In this document: positions 1 through 12,309 of the stretch, piece by piece
Layout: each line of letters opens with the position of its first letter
Position numbering within the stretch: position 1 is the stretch's first letter
Assembly: GCF_036321535.1 (NCBI RefSeq)
Contig: NC_087437.1
Coordinates: 68,326,001-68,390,000, forward strand
Reading direction: 5' to 3'
DNA: 64,000 bases
Source of the DNA: Camelus dromedarius
Lineage: Eukaryota
Program-made: the position numbers and the translations under genes
The notes under the pieces: model-generated
Told to the model about the DNA's origin: nothing
Seen by the model: only the letters and a program-made list of their open reading frames with translations
Database searches by the model: none

Positions 1-79
1 AGAGATATGCATGGCCTGGTAGCACAAAGTCCAAAGCAATCTTAAAAATTGCATTTGAGACCCTGGAATTTTTCCAACT

Positions 80-870
80 GTGCTACATAGGCGAGGGTAT
101 GTCAAAAGCCATTTGTTTTTCCTGAAAGTGGCAGAATGGCTAATTGACCCTAAATCTGCAGTAGAGATATATCATTGTGTTTGTCCTCCCTTCAAAAAAA
201 TTCTACATCATAAATACATAGGACCACACTGTAGGAATAGAGATGGTTGCATTCTCTGTTCATAGGTAGATTAGAGGAAATAACTGGTTACTGGAAACAC
301 AGCACAGCAAGATGGCCCTTTAACAGTGAAAGGTGAGGACTAATTTAGCATACTGATGGGTTTATTTGAAGCAGAAATTTGCTATGATTGGACTGAAAAT
401 CACTGACCCCTTTGTGTGTACATTCAGGTCTTGGTCTCCAGGCATTGCCAAAATCCTCAAGCATTAGACAAGACATGGCAAATCCTGATGATTGATATAT
501 CCTGTTCAAAAGCAATCTTTCTACAAGTCTAACCACCTCTAAGATATTCTGTTTCTTTTTCTGTTACATTTTTTTCTAAACCACTTGGCATCTGGGAGAA
601 TTTTGGTTGTCAATTACTGACATTTGAAAGAAGATAGATGGAGGTTTTCAGGAGATGGCTTTTTAGCTGTTTGCCAAAACTTTACAGTTAGCATACCTTT
701 AGTAAATTCATCAAGGTTCTGGGTCTAGCTTTTAGCCTCAGTGGTTCAAATGTCAATCTTGTCAGTGTCCAGAGTTGATTGGGTTTAGAAAGCTGACTGA
801 TAATATTAAAACTCACCAAAGACTGAACTATGAGCCAAAATGCCAAGTTAGAAACTTAACGTGATACAAG
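80..870 (+). mobile_element. Ancient CR1/L3-like LINE reverse-transcriptase fragments (about 80-330 and 700-870)
   Basis: ORF 80..265 reads FFLKVAEWLIDPKSAVEIYH..PFKKILHHKYI, resembling CR1 RT FxxKVTxxxDxxxAVDxxYLDFxKAFDKVxH. From 709 one frame reads HQGS and then KLTDNIK (790-810), at the same spacing as the CR1 motif PQGS...KFADDTK. Highly degenerate; judged by eye. Confidence 0.45.
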
Positions 871-1036
871 GATCAGAATAGTAAAATCAGCCTGCCAGTG
901 TATCCCTCCTTACAGGCCAATCCATGTGGGACAGTGAGATACTTAGCACTCATGGGCTTAAAATAGGGATGATTAGTTGCAGAAGTCACATATACATATT
1001 GCTGTAAATCGTATATCCATCTCCAAGTTGATCAGT

Positions 1037-1262
1037 ATAATAAACACTTATTGAGAGCTAACTACGGACTAGGACTGTCCCAAATGCTTGACATACATTA
1101 ACTCAATAATTTTTACAGCAACCCTAATGGTGGATCCTATTATACTCACAGAGAATAAAACTGAGTCACAGAGATGCTAGTGAGTTACCCAAGGCTAAGA
1201 AAATAATATGAATTACAGCTCAGCTTATCTGGTGGCAAACTCCAGTTTTAAACCCTCTGCTA
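1037..1262 (-). mobile_element. MIR SINE
   Basis: Antisense MIR pattern: cacttattgagagctaact...acagcaaccctaatgg...aaactgagtcacagaga...agtgagttacccaaggc. Confidence 0.75.
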
Positions 1263-2651
1263 TAATGTACATAACCTGTTACAGAAATCGACCCAGTTCC
1301 TGGCACAGAGACTATCTCTTTGGCAGTTTTGGATACTTTAGTGTTTTCTGGTCCCTTGGTTTCCCTCTTCTACAGCTCAGGCTAATCTTTCTCACTTTAT
1401 TCAGCTCTTCTCTGGACAAGATGCCCAATATTTGCTTGGAATCCAGCTTATTAAATTTCAATCAAACTGCTGCATTACTTTCTCTAGTTCACCTTGATGG
1501 AAGTTTTATAGAATTCTCAAACCTCTTTGTTCACATGTTTATAAATATCATGACCTGGTTTTCTGCTAGAGGTAGCCAGTGCACACACATTAATTATTTC
1601 TGTATCCACCTAGTTTCATTCTCAGAGGTCAACCCTGTTTCCTAGTCCTCAGTGGATTCTGCACAACTCATCCCTGGGTGCCACCCACGTCTGTAAAATC
1701 CAGAATTCTTGGAATCTCTTCAAACTCTCCTCCTGTACAACCTGTTAAATAATCACCTCTCTCATTCTTGCTCAGATCCCAGAATTGCCAACTAGGCAAA
1801 ACTTTTCATTTCCCAGGGAAGTTACTGAAAAGAATCTGACTGGAGGAGTCCCTAGCCTGGGGTCCAGGCATGCAAAGTCAAATTTTTCTGTGATTTGTTT
1901 GCATACAAAAAAGAGGTGGTGAAATCCCCTGATTGGTGCCTTCTATGATATTCTGCTACTGCTTGCTGGGTGATTAAGGAAAGAATAATTCCTTAGTTTG
2001 ATTTGATTGGCTATACTTCAGTGCAGCTGTCTTTTTAAATGTCCTAGATTTAATTTCTAAAGCAGATAATTTACCCTTGTCCATTCACCTCTATTTTAGG
2101 CATATCATAAATTGCTTATTGTATCTGGAGTGGGTTCTCCTTTTAAGTCAATAATAGAAATATCATATCATCAAGAGCTTCTTGGAATATAGAGGGAATC
2201 AGATGCAGTGAATTAATATTTAAAAATGAGTTTTGCTGTATTTTCCTTGACAGAGACATTAAAGATTGTTAATTATTCCTGATTTTCTGTATGTATTGTT
2301 TTTAAGATTAAATGATCCAGTAGGAAGAGTCCCATCACATAGATATCTCATGACTTTACAGAAACATTCCTTGTCTTAATTTCTTGTATTGACACAAATG
2401 CAAAAAAAAAAAAAAAAAAGCCCCCTTTTCAAGGAACTAGCAGGATTTCCTTTTCAGTCTCTTAAATTTGACCTTCAGGCATCTGCTGAAATTTGGAACA
2501 TGACTCCTTGGAATGCACTAATAAGTGTCAGTGAGATCACCAGTCTCTGTGGAAATACCGGAAGAAATCTATTTGTCATCAGGGAGATATACAAACCAAA
2601 ACCCAAAGCAGGCAGTAAGTTTGTCCATAGTCTTAAAACTGTCCTATTTTT

Positions 2652-2872
2652 ATTTTTTATTTTTATTTTTTTAATTGAAGTATAGTCCCTTTACCATATT
2701 GTGTTAATTTCTGATGTGCAGCATAGTGATTGAGTTATACATATATATTCTTTTCCATTATAGGTTATTACAAGGTATTGAATATAGTTCCTTGTGCTAT
2801 ACAGTAGGACCTTGTTGTTTATCTATTTTATATATAGCAGTTGGTGATTTGTAGATACCAACTACTACATAT
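2652..2872 (-). mobile_element. 5'-truncated L1 3' end (artiodactyl type) with short 5' inversion
   Basis: T-rich tail followed by ttaattgaagtatag...gtgctatacagtaggaccttgttgtttatctattttatatatag. Flanked by a TSD: taaaactgtcctattttta (2634-2652) and taaagctgttctattttta (2872-2890). Confidence 0.9.
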
Positions 2873-3027
2873 AAAGCTGTTCTATTTTTAATATATCAAT
2901 TTGGTATTTGCTGTTTTTCATGGGTTCTAGATTACTTTTTAGTATTTCGGATGCATCATGAATTATGATATAATGTATTAACAATTGTCATATTTACTTT
3001 ATCAGATAATCAACACATTGGTTCCCC

Positions 3028-3180
3028 TAGATCTGTGCAGTCCAATGTGTCAACCACATATTGTTATATGGCTATTTAAATTTAAATGTATATTAACATC
3101 AAAACCTAAAAATTCACTTCCTCGGTCACACTAGCCACAATTCAAATGCCCAACAGCCACAGGTGAAGTAGCTATAGAAC
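3028..3180 (-). mobile_element. MER3/MER33-like hAT-Charlie non-autonomous DNA transposon
   Basis: ctgtgcagtccaat...tggctatttaaatttaaat...aaaattcacttcctcggtcacactagccacaattcaaatgcccaacagccaca matches the remembered MER3 consensus in reverse. Confidence 0.75.
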
Positions 3181-3794
3181 TGGAATTAGCACAGTTACAT
3201 GTTTCATCTACTCTTTTACCCAGTGCTGGAATCTTTTCCATAAGAGCTTTGGCAAATCTTTTTTCAGGTACTCCTTGAATACAGCCTGATGAGAAACACA
3301 CAAGTTACAGGAGCCCACTAGATAGCACATTTCTCGGTGAGATGCCTTCAAATTAAAAAAAAAAAAATTTTATTTAAAGTAAAGAAATATTTAATTCCTT
3401 TTAAGTTTCACCCATTAGTCCCAACTAAGCAGAAAAGAGTGATGTAGTTCACTGAATCATGTTCCTGGGGCTGTTACTGAAACAGCATACTAACATTCCT
3501 TAGCCCATGTAAACCTGTTTTTCAGTCACTGCAGAAGCAAAGGAGAAAACCAAGCACATGATCAGTCTTTTTGACCCCGCGTACAACCATTAAAACGAAA
3601 CACAATGAAAATTCTCTTTAGTGAAGTTCACAGCTGGTACTGATTTTGTAATCTGCCAGGAAAACATTTCACTGCTGACACCACTCATTCATTCCGAGAA
3701 GGATGCACTTTTCAAGCACTCGGTCTTATTTCCTCATCTCTCCAAATGAGCACATAGACTATGACACAGTTAAACACTTAGTGCTGGGTCCTTA

Positions 3795-4010
3795 GCACAA
3801 TGTTTTACAAATAACAGGTCACAAGCCAGCAACAGGTTGTGAGGAACATTATTTTTGTTAAATAAAATAGAACATAACAGGTAGGATTGGATAAAAAAAA
3901 TCAGAGTGAACTGTATGTAGTAAAATAAAATATTTTTTGTTTTATTTGCGAGTCATGATGTGATATATTTCTTGCTGGGGGTTGTAGTCAAGAAAGCTTG
4001 AAAACTGCTA
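3795..4010. mobile_element. hAT-Charlie (Charlie4-like) non-autonomous element
   Basis: Degenerate ends caatgttttacaaa and agcttgaaaactgct; internal atcagagtgaactgtatgtagtaa and atatttcttgctgggggttgtagtcaagaaag resemble the Charlie4 group. Confidence 0.5.
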
Positions 4011-4478
4011 TCGGATCATGCCTCTGTGGAGTATTGTTCATAAGGTCTGACTTATCCTAGGTGTGTTTTGGTGAAGGTTTTGCTGAAAACACTTTAGAAA
4101 TCTAATCTGAATTCATGTGCTTACTTCCCAGTTTATTCATGGCCCTGAGTAGATCAGACACCTTGTAAAAGTTAAATCCATTAGGTCATTTTAGTTACTA
4201 GATAACAGATGGTCCTATCCCATTACAGTGTAATTTGGGCAGTATTTGGAAAGATGTTCAAACAAGTATAGTAATGAAATTTCAGTCTCAGTCCATACAT
4301 ATTTATTTGGAACCTTCAGGATTTCTTGCTCTGTGTCAGGCTACTTTTGCAAGGACTGTGATGTTCAGGGGAGGAAGTGGTATCATTAGTTGGGTGGTGC
4401 TTTGGATTGATCTTAAGATGTGGTTAATGTTTTGACATGACTCCATGTTGACTCCATGTGAAGATGGAAGCCAAAAGT

Positions 4479-4695
4479 GGGGAGAGTATAGCTCAGTGGT
4501 AGAGTGTGTGCTTAGCAGGCGTGAGGTCCTGGGTTCAATCCCCAGTACCTCCATTTAAATCAATCAATCAATCAATCAGCCAGCCAACCAAACCTAATTA
4601 CATCCCCTTCAAAAATAAAACAAACCAAAAAAAAAAAGAAAAAAAAATGGTCTTTGATCCATACACCACATCAAAAAAAGAAAAAAAATAATTAA
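4479..4695 (+). mobile_element. Camelid Vic-1-type tRNA-Ala-derived SINE
   Basis: tRNA-Ala(AGC)-like head at 4479-4553 with A box tagctcagtgg (4489-4499) and B box ggttcaatcc (4532-4541), followed by (tcaa)n, aacctaattacatcccc and an A-rich tail. Confidence 0.9.
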
Positions 4696-4789
4696 AAAGC
4701 TGAAAGCAAGAACAGAAATGTATTTTCTTTTTCTTTAAATGTAAACAAACAAGGCATTTATGTAATAGTACCTTTGTTTGTATGAGTTT

Positions 4790-4950
4790 TGAAAACACTT
4801 AAAATCATTTTGTCCACATCTTAACCCCATGAGTAGTATTATTAGGCCTTATTACAGAAGAGAAAATTGAAACTCTGAGGTGTTAAGTGACTTGCTCAGG
4901 ATCACACATTTTGTAAGTTGACCTACAGCATAGATCTTTTATTTCTAGTT
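4790..4950 (-). mobile_element. MIR SINE
   Basis: aaccccatgagtagtattatt...acagaagagaaaattgaaactctgaggtgttaagtgacttgctcaggatcacac, the antisense MIR core. Confidence 0.75.
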
Positions 4951-5944
4951 CTACTTCTTGCCCACACCCCAAAGTGTTCCCTGTTGACATGAGTGATACA
5001 GCCTTTTTCCAGGCATGCATGGGCATGTGAAGACAGAAGTTAGATATTTAATCATTTGCAATCAGATTTTAGAAGAAGGCGAACAGACAGGTTAATTGAT
5101 AATTCTTGAAAATGATTTGCAAAAATGGAGTATTTTGTAAGTCTACTACAATTTTGACCAGCTTCTGTTATTTCACTAATTTAGCCAAAATTCACTAAGA
5201 ATTACTTCATTCTTGTTACATTCACCATATTTTTCTTCCTTATTAGAAAGAAACATTCCTGCAAAGAGAGACACGGCTTACTGGATTTGTCTTAGACCTG
5301 CCATCTGATATGTTTTAGGCCTTGGGTGTATGAGCTCATAGTAATTTGCATGGTAATTAAACTCATTTAGACAATACACTGCTTAATAGGGGATGGGACA
5401 GCTTCTCACCTAACACTTCATTAAGCTACCTGTGCTGAGGGCTTCCTAGATGACAGGGTCAAGTCCACATCGCAATATTAAATATGTTGTACATTTGTTT
5501 TAAAAAAAGAAATTAACTATCTAGATTATGCTGATGTTGGATTCAGACATAAATGTTCTCTTCCAAGACTGCCTTGCTCCTCTGAGTATTTAAATGTGCT
5601 TCCCTTATTTTTCATTTGGATCACATTTTTCACATCAACACACATGAACTGAAAACCAGTTATGTCCAGTTACTTTCAGTAGGAGAACCACAAAGATGAC
5701 TATGACAGCCCTTACCTTCATGAGCTCACAACTTAAGAGTTTATGCAGGAAAATGCTGCAGTTAATGGAAGACAGAATACTGTTATTGAATAAAATTTGG
5801 GTTAATTTGCTAAGGGATCACCAAAGAGGAAAAAATCAACTTTAATAAGTTTTTCAGAGAAGGCTTTTTGGAAGTATATTTTCTTTTGTTTTATTTTATT
5901 TGTGTTAAATTTTATTGAATTCTAATCAAGTACGAAGTAGTATT

Positions 5945-6115
5945 CAAACCTCAATCCTTACAATGCTCTTCTGAGGTCATATATCTTATATTTTCATTTT
6001 ACATTATAGGGAAACTGAAACACAGATAGCTGTTGTATACAAGAGTACTCAATTTTAATTGATGGAGCTGAGATTTGAACCTAGTCTGGCCTGTACCCTG
6101 CATTCTTAACCATTG
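5945..6115 (-). mobile_element. MIR SINE
   Basis: aatccttacaatgctcttctgagg...cattttacattatagggaaactgaaacacaga...ggagctgagatttgaacctagtctg. Confidence 0.7.
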
Positions 6116-8216
6116 TGTAATTTAGCTCTGTAGACCTTGAAAGATCAACATTGTTTTGACAGATGATGAGCGAGGCCCAGGGAAACCGATAATGTAATCG
6201 TGAGTGTAGGCACAGAGATACACGCATTTATGTTGCTCTGAGCTGCACTGTGTCTGGTCACTGGTGTGTAGGGCTTATGAGAGACTGTGGAGGGAGTGAA
6301 GCTGCTAAAAGAGGCATTGGGAGAATATGAAGCTTCCTGGGTAAGTATGCAAACAGAAAGGGCCAAGGACAAAGACCAGGTGATCGGTGACATTTATCAG
6401 AAAGATGGCAGGTGGTGAAGGTGATAGATGTAAAAATGCCTCCTCTGTATCTTTCAGGGAAAAGTAATGGAAAATAATTAAAATAAAGATAATGAAACAA
6501 ACAGTAACCGTGAAGGGTCGTGCCCATCAAATATTTATCGAAGAGCCTCCCTTGACACAGTGCTCTGCTGTCACTCTGCAGAACTCATTCTCAACAGATT
6601 GGTGTAGGAGGAAGGTTAAAAATGAAATGGTGAAGTATTCAACAGCACCTACCCTATGTATCCCCATCCAACTTGCACTTCCAAGATTTTAACACATAAT
6701 CTGCTCCCCAACATGCACCAAGAGTCACCACCTAAGGAATGTGAAAATGTCCAGAAATTAAATAAATGGACAGGTAAATAGTATTCCCAAGAAGCACTAC
6801 TAAGTTGTATTTACCCACAAAAGGAAAAAGAATTCAAAGTTCAACAAAGTTAATGGTTCTTCGGTTTTTGGAGTGTGTTCTTGTGATCTTATTTTTGTTT
6901 CAGTTGCAAGACTTCCAAGTTTTAAATAAGCTGCTGGGCATTGTGACTCTCAGCCAGGTGCCTTACGGTGCATATCCCATGTGCGGTGGCCCCAGGTCCT
7001 TGCTGATGGAGTGCTTTGCAGCATCACTGTGGAGCGCACTCTGGGAAATGCTGCTCTGCCAACTTGTTTATTAAGGTTTATGTCCCTGCGCTTTGGGTCT
7101 ATACTTGTCCTGCAAGAGCAAAAGAGACTGGCACCCATAATGAAAGTCTGTCCTTGAAAGTAGCATTTCCTATATTATTTCTCAGTTCAGATGTCACATT
7201 CTTTCTACTCAATTTCCGCAGCGTTTTGTATCTGTTGTACAACTTTGATCTAATATTTTCTCCTATTTTACTAGAAGCTCCTTGATCACAAAGATCACCT
7301 CTTCAGCTTTTGAGCAACACTATTTGCTAAGTAAATAGGAGTTAAAGAACTTTATAGATATATTACAGTACTGAAATGGTGTTATGGATAGACAAACAAA
7401 ATAATTCATAGAATCCTACTTTCTTGCTAATTATTTCTAAATATACAGGAGAAGGGGCATATAAATCCTAAAGTCAGAGGAAGGAAGCCCAGCATTCCTG
7501 TCTATAAATTCACTTCATCCATCAACCCATCACTGTCCCGTAATAAGAGATGAATCATGGGTCCATGATGCTAGTCCAGGAATGTTAGCCTGCACCAGGT
7601 GACCTAGGGCACCTTCACTGAGTGGGGGTCTGTGCAGGGTGCCGTGCAGACAGCAGAAACTGTGGTTTACCGATAAAAGTTGTGAGACTCTAGAGATTGA
7701 TTAGATGATGAAAGGAACCCTGTGCTTCATTCTCTGTGAGATACTAACCTAGTAGGAGCAGTTGTCTTGGTAATGGTCATCAGCAGAGGCAGGTGGCAAA
7801 TATAAGCAGACCCTCTAGACAAGAATCAACAGCTCCTAGGGGTAAGGCAAATAGCAATTTATTTTTAGAGGAGATGATGGCAGTTCATCAGAGGCATACA
7901 CATTAAGAAGTCTAGCAAATTCATTTTAGTTTTACTTTAATATCCTATTTTTAGAAGCATTTAAAGATCTATGCTCATTTATATACATTTTTCTATTTTA
8001 TTGAGTTTGTATTATTTAGGGAGGAAATGTATACTATGAGATTGTTTCTGGAGTGACAAAGGAGAAGCTTAGCTGCTCGGCTGTGGTGTTTAATTAGTTA
8101 ACAGTGGCACATAGAATTCTGACCCTGGGACCATGTTGCCTTAATCAGGCTCTCAGGATTGGTTTGGCAGATACAGTTATATAAAGTGACACAGACCTCA
8201 CACTGGAACAATATGA

Positions 8217-8241
8217 TTTTGTTTTGTTTTGTTTTGTTTTT
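8217..8241. repeat. (TTTTG)n microsatellite
   Basis: Run of ttttg units seen directly. Confidence 0.9.
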
Positions 8242-9761
8242 GCCTTCTTAAGTACTTAAGACAAAAATGGACCAAGAAATTCATCAAATAGAATGAAACA
8301 GAATGAAAAAAATAGAATGTCCCTAAGCTGCTTATAGTACAACCAACGATGTGGGTGAGTAGGAATAAAATCCTACTGGCTACTCAGTCTGAACATCAGC
8401 CAATGTAAATCAGCTTATACAGACAGCTCCAGTTTGTATCTTCCATTCAAACTTCTGTTAAACTTCCTCTGGTTACTAGGGGATGTAGGTGCCAACTCAG
8501 TTCAGTGTAGAAATTGCCTTTGAGAGCCATCCAGCCTGGACTGAGGAATACTTACTTCACTGAATCCCACTCACAGAAATTCTCCCGTACAGGATAATCA
8601 CCTAACACAGGGTTAACTATCCCTCCTTCTTCTGTTGTGTCTAATCTCCTCCAATTGCCAAGACTCATTCTTTCTCATCTTCTCTACAGATCTTCTACTT
8701 TGGTGTTCTGATTTGCACTTTTATCCCCTTTTTCTGCCCAGAGCCATTAAACAAGACTTATTCTTCCTTTTAATGCCACTATAGTCTCCATTTAGAAGGT
8801 AATAAACTTAGCTGATTTTCCTTAATAAAAACACCAGAAAAAATAATTAATAACTCTTTATTTTGCAACTTCAGGAATCCAGTCTCAACCACAGCACAAG
8901 GATTCTAACTTGTAGAGAAGGTATCACACACAACATTTAGGTGGAGTCAGAACAGGGCTGGCCATTGGTTAGATTTCTAGTAGAAACATTTCTGACCTGT
9001 TCCTGTCCCTGGGGTTGGCGATCTGCTAATGGTAAAAGGTAAAGTGTAAGTCTAACTTCCATTTTTCTTTAATTAGGGATGGCTCTGGGAAATGAATGTG
9101 TTTCCCAAGTAGATTGAGAAGTGGGAGACACGTGATTGTTGTAGAGAACGTTACCCAGCATAGCTTGGGAGGATTCTGTTGGGCTCGAAGCATAGAATAA
9201 TCTGGTAATCTGCCTTTTATACAAATTAGATTCCTTCCTTACTAAGGAAGAATATGAAGGAGGAGCAGGAGGAGAGAAAAAGGGGAAGAGGAAAGAGAGG
9301 AAAAGAAAACAGAGAAAGGAAAACAAACTCATGTGCTCCAGGGAAATGAGAGAGAGAGAAAGAAGATGGGAAGACAACTTCGATAGTATTTATGGGACTT
9401 CCTGAACCCTGATGATCTACATTCATTTTTAGGCTCTTGGCTCTTGATCCCAAGTGCTGGTGAGCGTCACTTCCTCACTGGTGTCACCTGTCACTGCATA
9501 GCAGCCCCAGGGCAATTTCTGTGCCACATGCAGGGACATTTTTGCAGGAGATGAAAAGGAAGTACAAAAGTAAAATGAGAGAAACCTGACAGAGATGATA
9601 CAGGTTGAGTGTGAGGAAGAAGAGGTCAGCTCTTCATCCAGGGACTCACACATGCTCCTCCTGAATCCTCCCAGGATGCTCCCTGCATCCGTGAGGCCCA
9701 GTCTCGTCTCACCCAGAAAGCTGTGTTCTGTACCAAGACCTTAGGAGAAAAGGGAGGAAGC

Positions 9762-9930
9762 AAGCTAACACTATGTGAGCACCTACTATATGCCAGACTC
9801 TTCCTAGTACACTATCATCTTCATTTTGCATTTGTAGAAAGTCAGACTCAGAGAATCGCTCTTTTACAAATTTTACAGATCAGAGACTGGTCCCAGGTCA
9901 TTGTGGCTCCAAAGTGCATGATCCTTATGT
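9762..9930 (-). mobile_element. MIR SINE (internally deleted)
   Basis: agctaacactatgtgagcacctactatatgccagac...cattttgcatttgtagaaagtcagactcagaga...ggctccaaagtgcatgatcctta. Confidence 0.6.
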
Positions 9931-10155
9931 GATGTCAAACCCACAACCTCATTATGCTTCAAAGTGGGAGTTTTCTTCAGTCTAATTAGAACTGCTAAAT
10001 GAAGACAGACTTTTGCCTTAGGGTTTTTCCTTTTCCAGATACAAATAAAGCTTTCTGCTTCTATAGGGCCAGGTATTTTAGCAGAGGAAGGAAAAGTGAC
10101 TATTGTGGATTCTCTTTCCAGACTAAATTCTAGAAATTTTTACTTTTAACATCTT

Positions 10156-11190
10156 TTTTTTAACATAAGTAATACATACTTATTACAGACACATTGGAAA
10201 GTGCATATGAGCACAAAGAGGCGCTCCCTTAAAATTGAGTGTGATTGTACTACCCAGAGACAACTAGCGTGAAAATTATGATGTGTATTCTTACATGTTT
10301 TGTATATATTCACAAGCTATGGTAAATTACTGTATACATAATTTTGCAAGGCAATTTTTCAATTTAATATTATGTTATCAACATAATATAATTATATGTG
10401 AATAGCTATACTTCCATAGCACACTTATTTATTTATTTATTAAGTGTAGTTGATTTACAATGTTAGTTTCAAGTGTACAACAGTGATTCAGACATATATA
10501 TATTTTTTTTCAGATTCACTTCCATTATATGTTATTGCATGCTATTGAATATAGTTTCTTGTGCTATACAGTCGGTCTGTGTTTATCTGTTTTATGTTTA
10601 GTAGTGTGTACCTATTAATCTCAAATGTGGCACTACTTTTAACAGCTGGCAAGAATCCTGTTGTAAGGATTTCTATAAAATGTAATCAACCCCCTATTGT
10701 TTGACATTTAGGTTGAGCAACCCCCCTCCACCAAATTATAGATAAAACTCGAATGAACATTTCCACAACTAATTCTTTGTGAACATTTTAACTGCTTCTT
10801 TATTATAAATCCTTAGAAATAGAAATTGAGCTATCTAATTGTTACACCTATTGTTATAACTTTTGATAAGGATTACCACATCTGCCTCAAAGAATTTGAA
10901 CCAACTGACAATTCTGGCAACACCCTCACCAACATAAGGAAAACTGTTAGCTTTTGTCTTTATTAATTTAATTGATACAATGGTAACTTTATTCTAATTT
11001 CTGTTTCTTGACAATGAAATTTTCTTTTGACATATTTTTCTTCTAGTCTTATAACAGCTCTTTCCAGTTTATTAAATGTATCTTACTTTCTTATGAAAGA
11101 TTATAAATTTATATAATTAAATCTGTTACTCTTTTCTATTTTCCCCCCATGTTTTCTGACCTTGGTGGTGTTATGAAAAAATTCTTTCTC
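10156..11190 (-). mobile_element. Old L1ME-type 3' fragment (3' UTR plus end of ORF2), interrupted by a younger L1 tail
   Basis: Antisense L1ME hallmarks in order: taatacatac, actacccagagacaactagcg, cccctattgtttgacatttaggttg, caccctcaccaacat, ttatgaaaaaattctttc. Poly-T at the left end. Confidence 0.7.
10425..10625 (-). mobile_element. 5'-truncated younger L1 3' end nested in L1ME
   Basis: (ttta)n tail, then aagtgtagttgatttacaatgttagtttcaagtgtacaacagtgattcag...gtgctatacag. Degenerate TSD catagcacactt (10415-10426) / tgtggcactactt (10626-10638). Confidence 0.85.
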
Positions 11191-11275
11191 GCACCCAAGT
11201 ACTAACCAAGCCCAAAGCTGCTTAGCTTCTGAGATAGGATGAGGCCAGGCATGTTCAGATGATACGTCTGTAGAC
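11187..11275 (-). pseudogene. 5S rRNA pseudogene (about nt 1-90 of 5S, 3'-truncated)
   Basis: The reverse complement gtctacagacgtatcatctgaacatgcctggcctcatcctatctcagaagctaagcagctttgggcttggttagtacttgggtgcgaga aligns to mammalian 5S (gtctacggccatacc...gaagctaagcagggtcgggcctggttagtacttggatgggaga). The last ~30 nt are missing. Confidence 0.92.
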
Positions 11276-12309
11276 TTTCTCATCTTGAAATTCTGCAAAT
11301 GTGTACTATGTTTTCTTACAAGTAGACCCCTGTAAAGGCATCCTAGCCCAGCCGAGTTGCAAATCCTGAGCTCCAGGTTTCAGTCTCCGTGATTCTCTTA
11401 AGTAGGCTGATATCAGGAAGGACATTGAGGAGACCATCCAATCACTCATTTAAAATTCAGAGTATGACAGAGGATACAAATACGTCTTCTTCTGGCGACT
11501 TGAGCTTAATAGCTTCATGGGAGTAATAGAAGAGAGGAGGGGCTATCATTTTTCAGCTAACATGCTGAGCCAAAAGATGAAACTCCCTTTCAGACCCTGG
11601 GGCTTTGAGCCCTGCGCTTGCTTTCTCAGAGGCCCTGGGGAGCAGCTTGCACAAGCACAGAAGAAAGCCTCCCTTTAGTGGCACTGTGGGACCTAGCGAT
11701 TGCAGTCAGCCTTGAGAAACTCCTCTGCTCACAGCCTGGCAAAGCCAAGGGGGTCGTGAGCTCTTTGTAGGTAGATGTCGGACTAGTTACAGCGGAAGGG
11801 GAAGTTTGCATTCTCCCTGGTTCCATATGAGGATGAATCGCCCTCCTGTGTGTACTAGGTTGAAAGAAAGTTCCTTTGAAAAAAAAAAGCCCTCTTTTAT
11901 TTTCGCATTTTATGAGGCCCGTTCAAATTGTTTGTTTTTCTTCCACAAGAACAGCTTTTTGTCACTCTGGATTTACTGTGTACCTCAGCAGATATTGGAC
12001 CCTTAATGTCGGCATGGTGTTCTGCCTTTGGTGGCGGTGTGAAATTTGGTTATCTCTCTGAAGATAGTTACCAAGTTCAGGCAACTCACAAGGTGGTAAC
12101 TGTCACTATCTCGTCATTCCAGAGAATGTGCGAGTATATTGAATTTTCCAGGCGTCTACAGAATGTGTTGAATGCCAGGCTTATTCTTTAGGATATCAGA
12201 AAGTGGCTTCTAAATCACCAAATGGGTAAAAACAAACAATAACCACAGTAAAAACCCACAAACAAGTGCTTTAGAATCATATGAAGATGAATCCCAAATA
12301 ACTAATTTC

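Noticed and set aside
1208..1645. 145-aa ATG ORF
   Set aside because: Starts within a MIR, has low-information composition, and shows no recognisable homology or exon structure.
4479..4553. Functional tRNA-Ala gene
   Set aside because: Followed by the SINE-specific aacctaattac-cccc segment and A tail, and a diverged second copy sits at 31094; it is a SINE head.
11187..11275. Functional 5S rRNA gene
   Set aside because: Many substitutions, a 1-nt deletion, missing 3' ~30 nt and no terminator.
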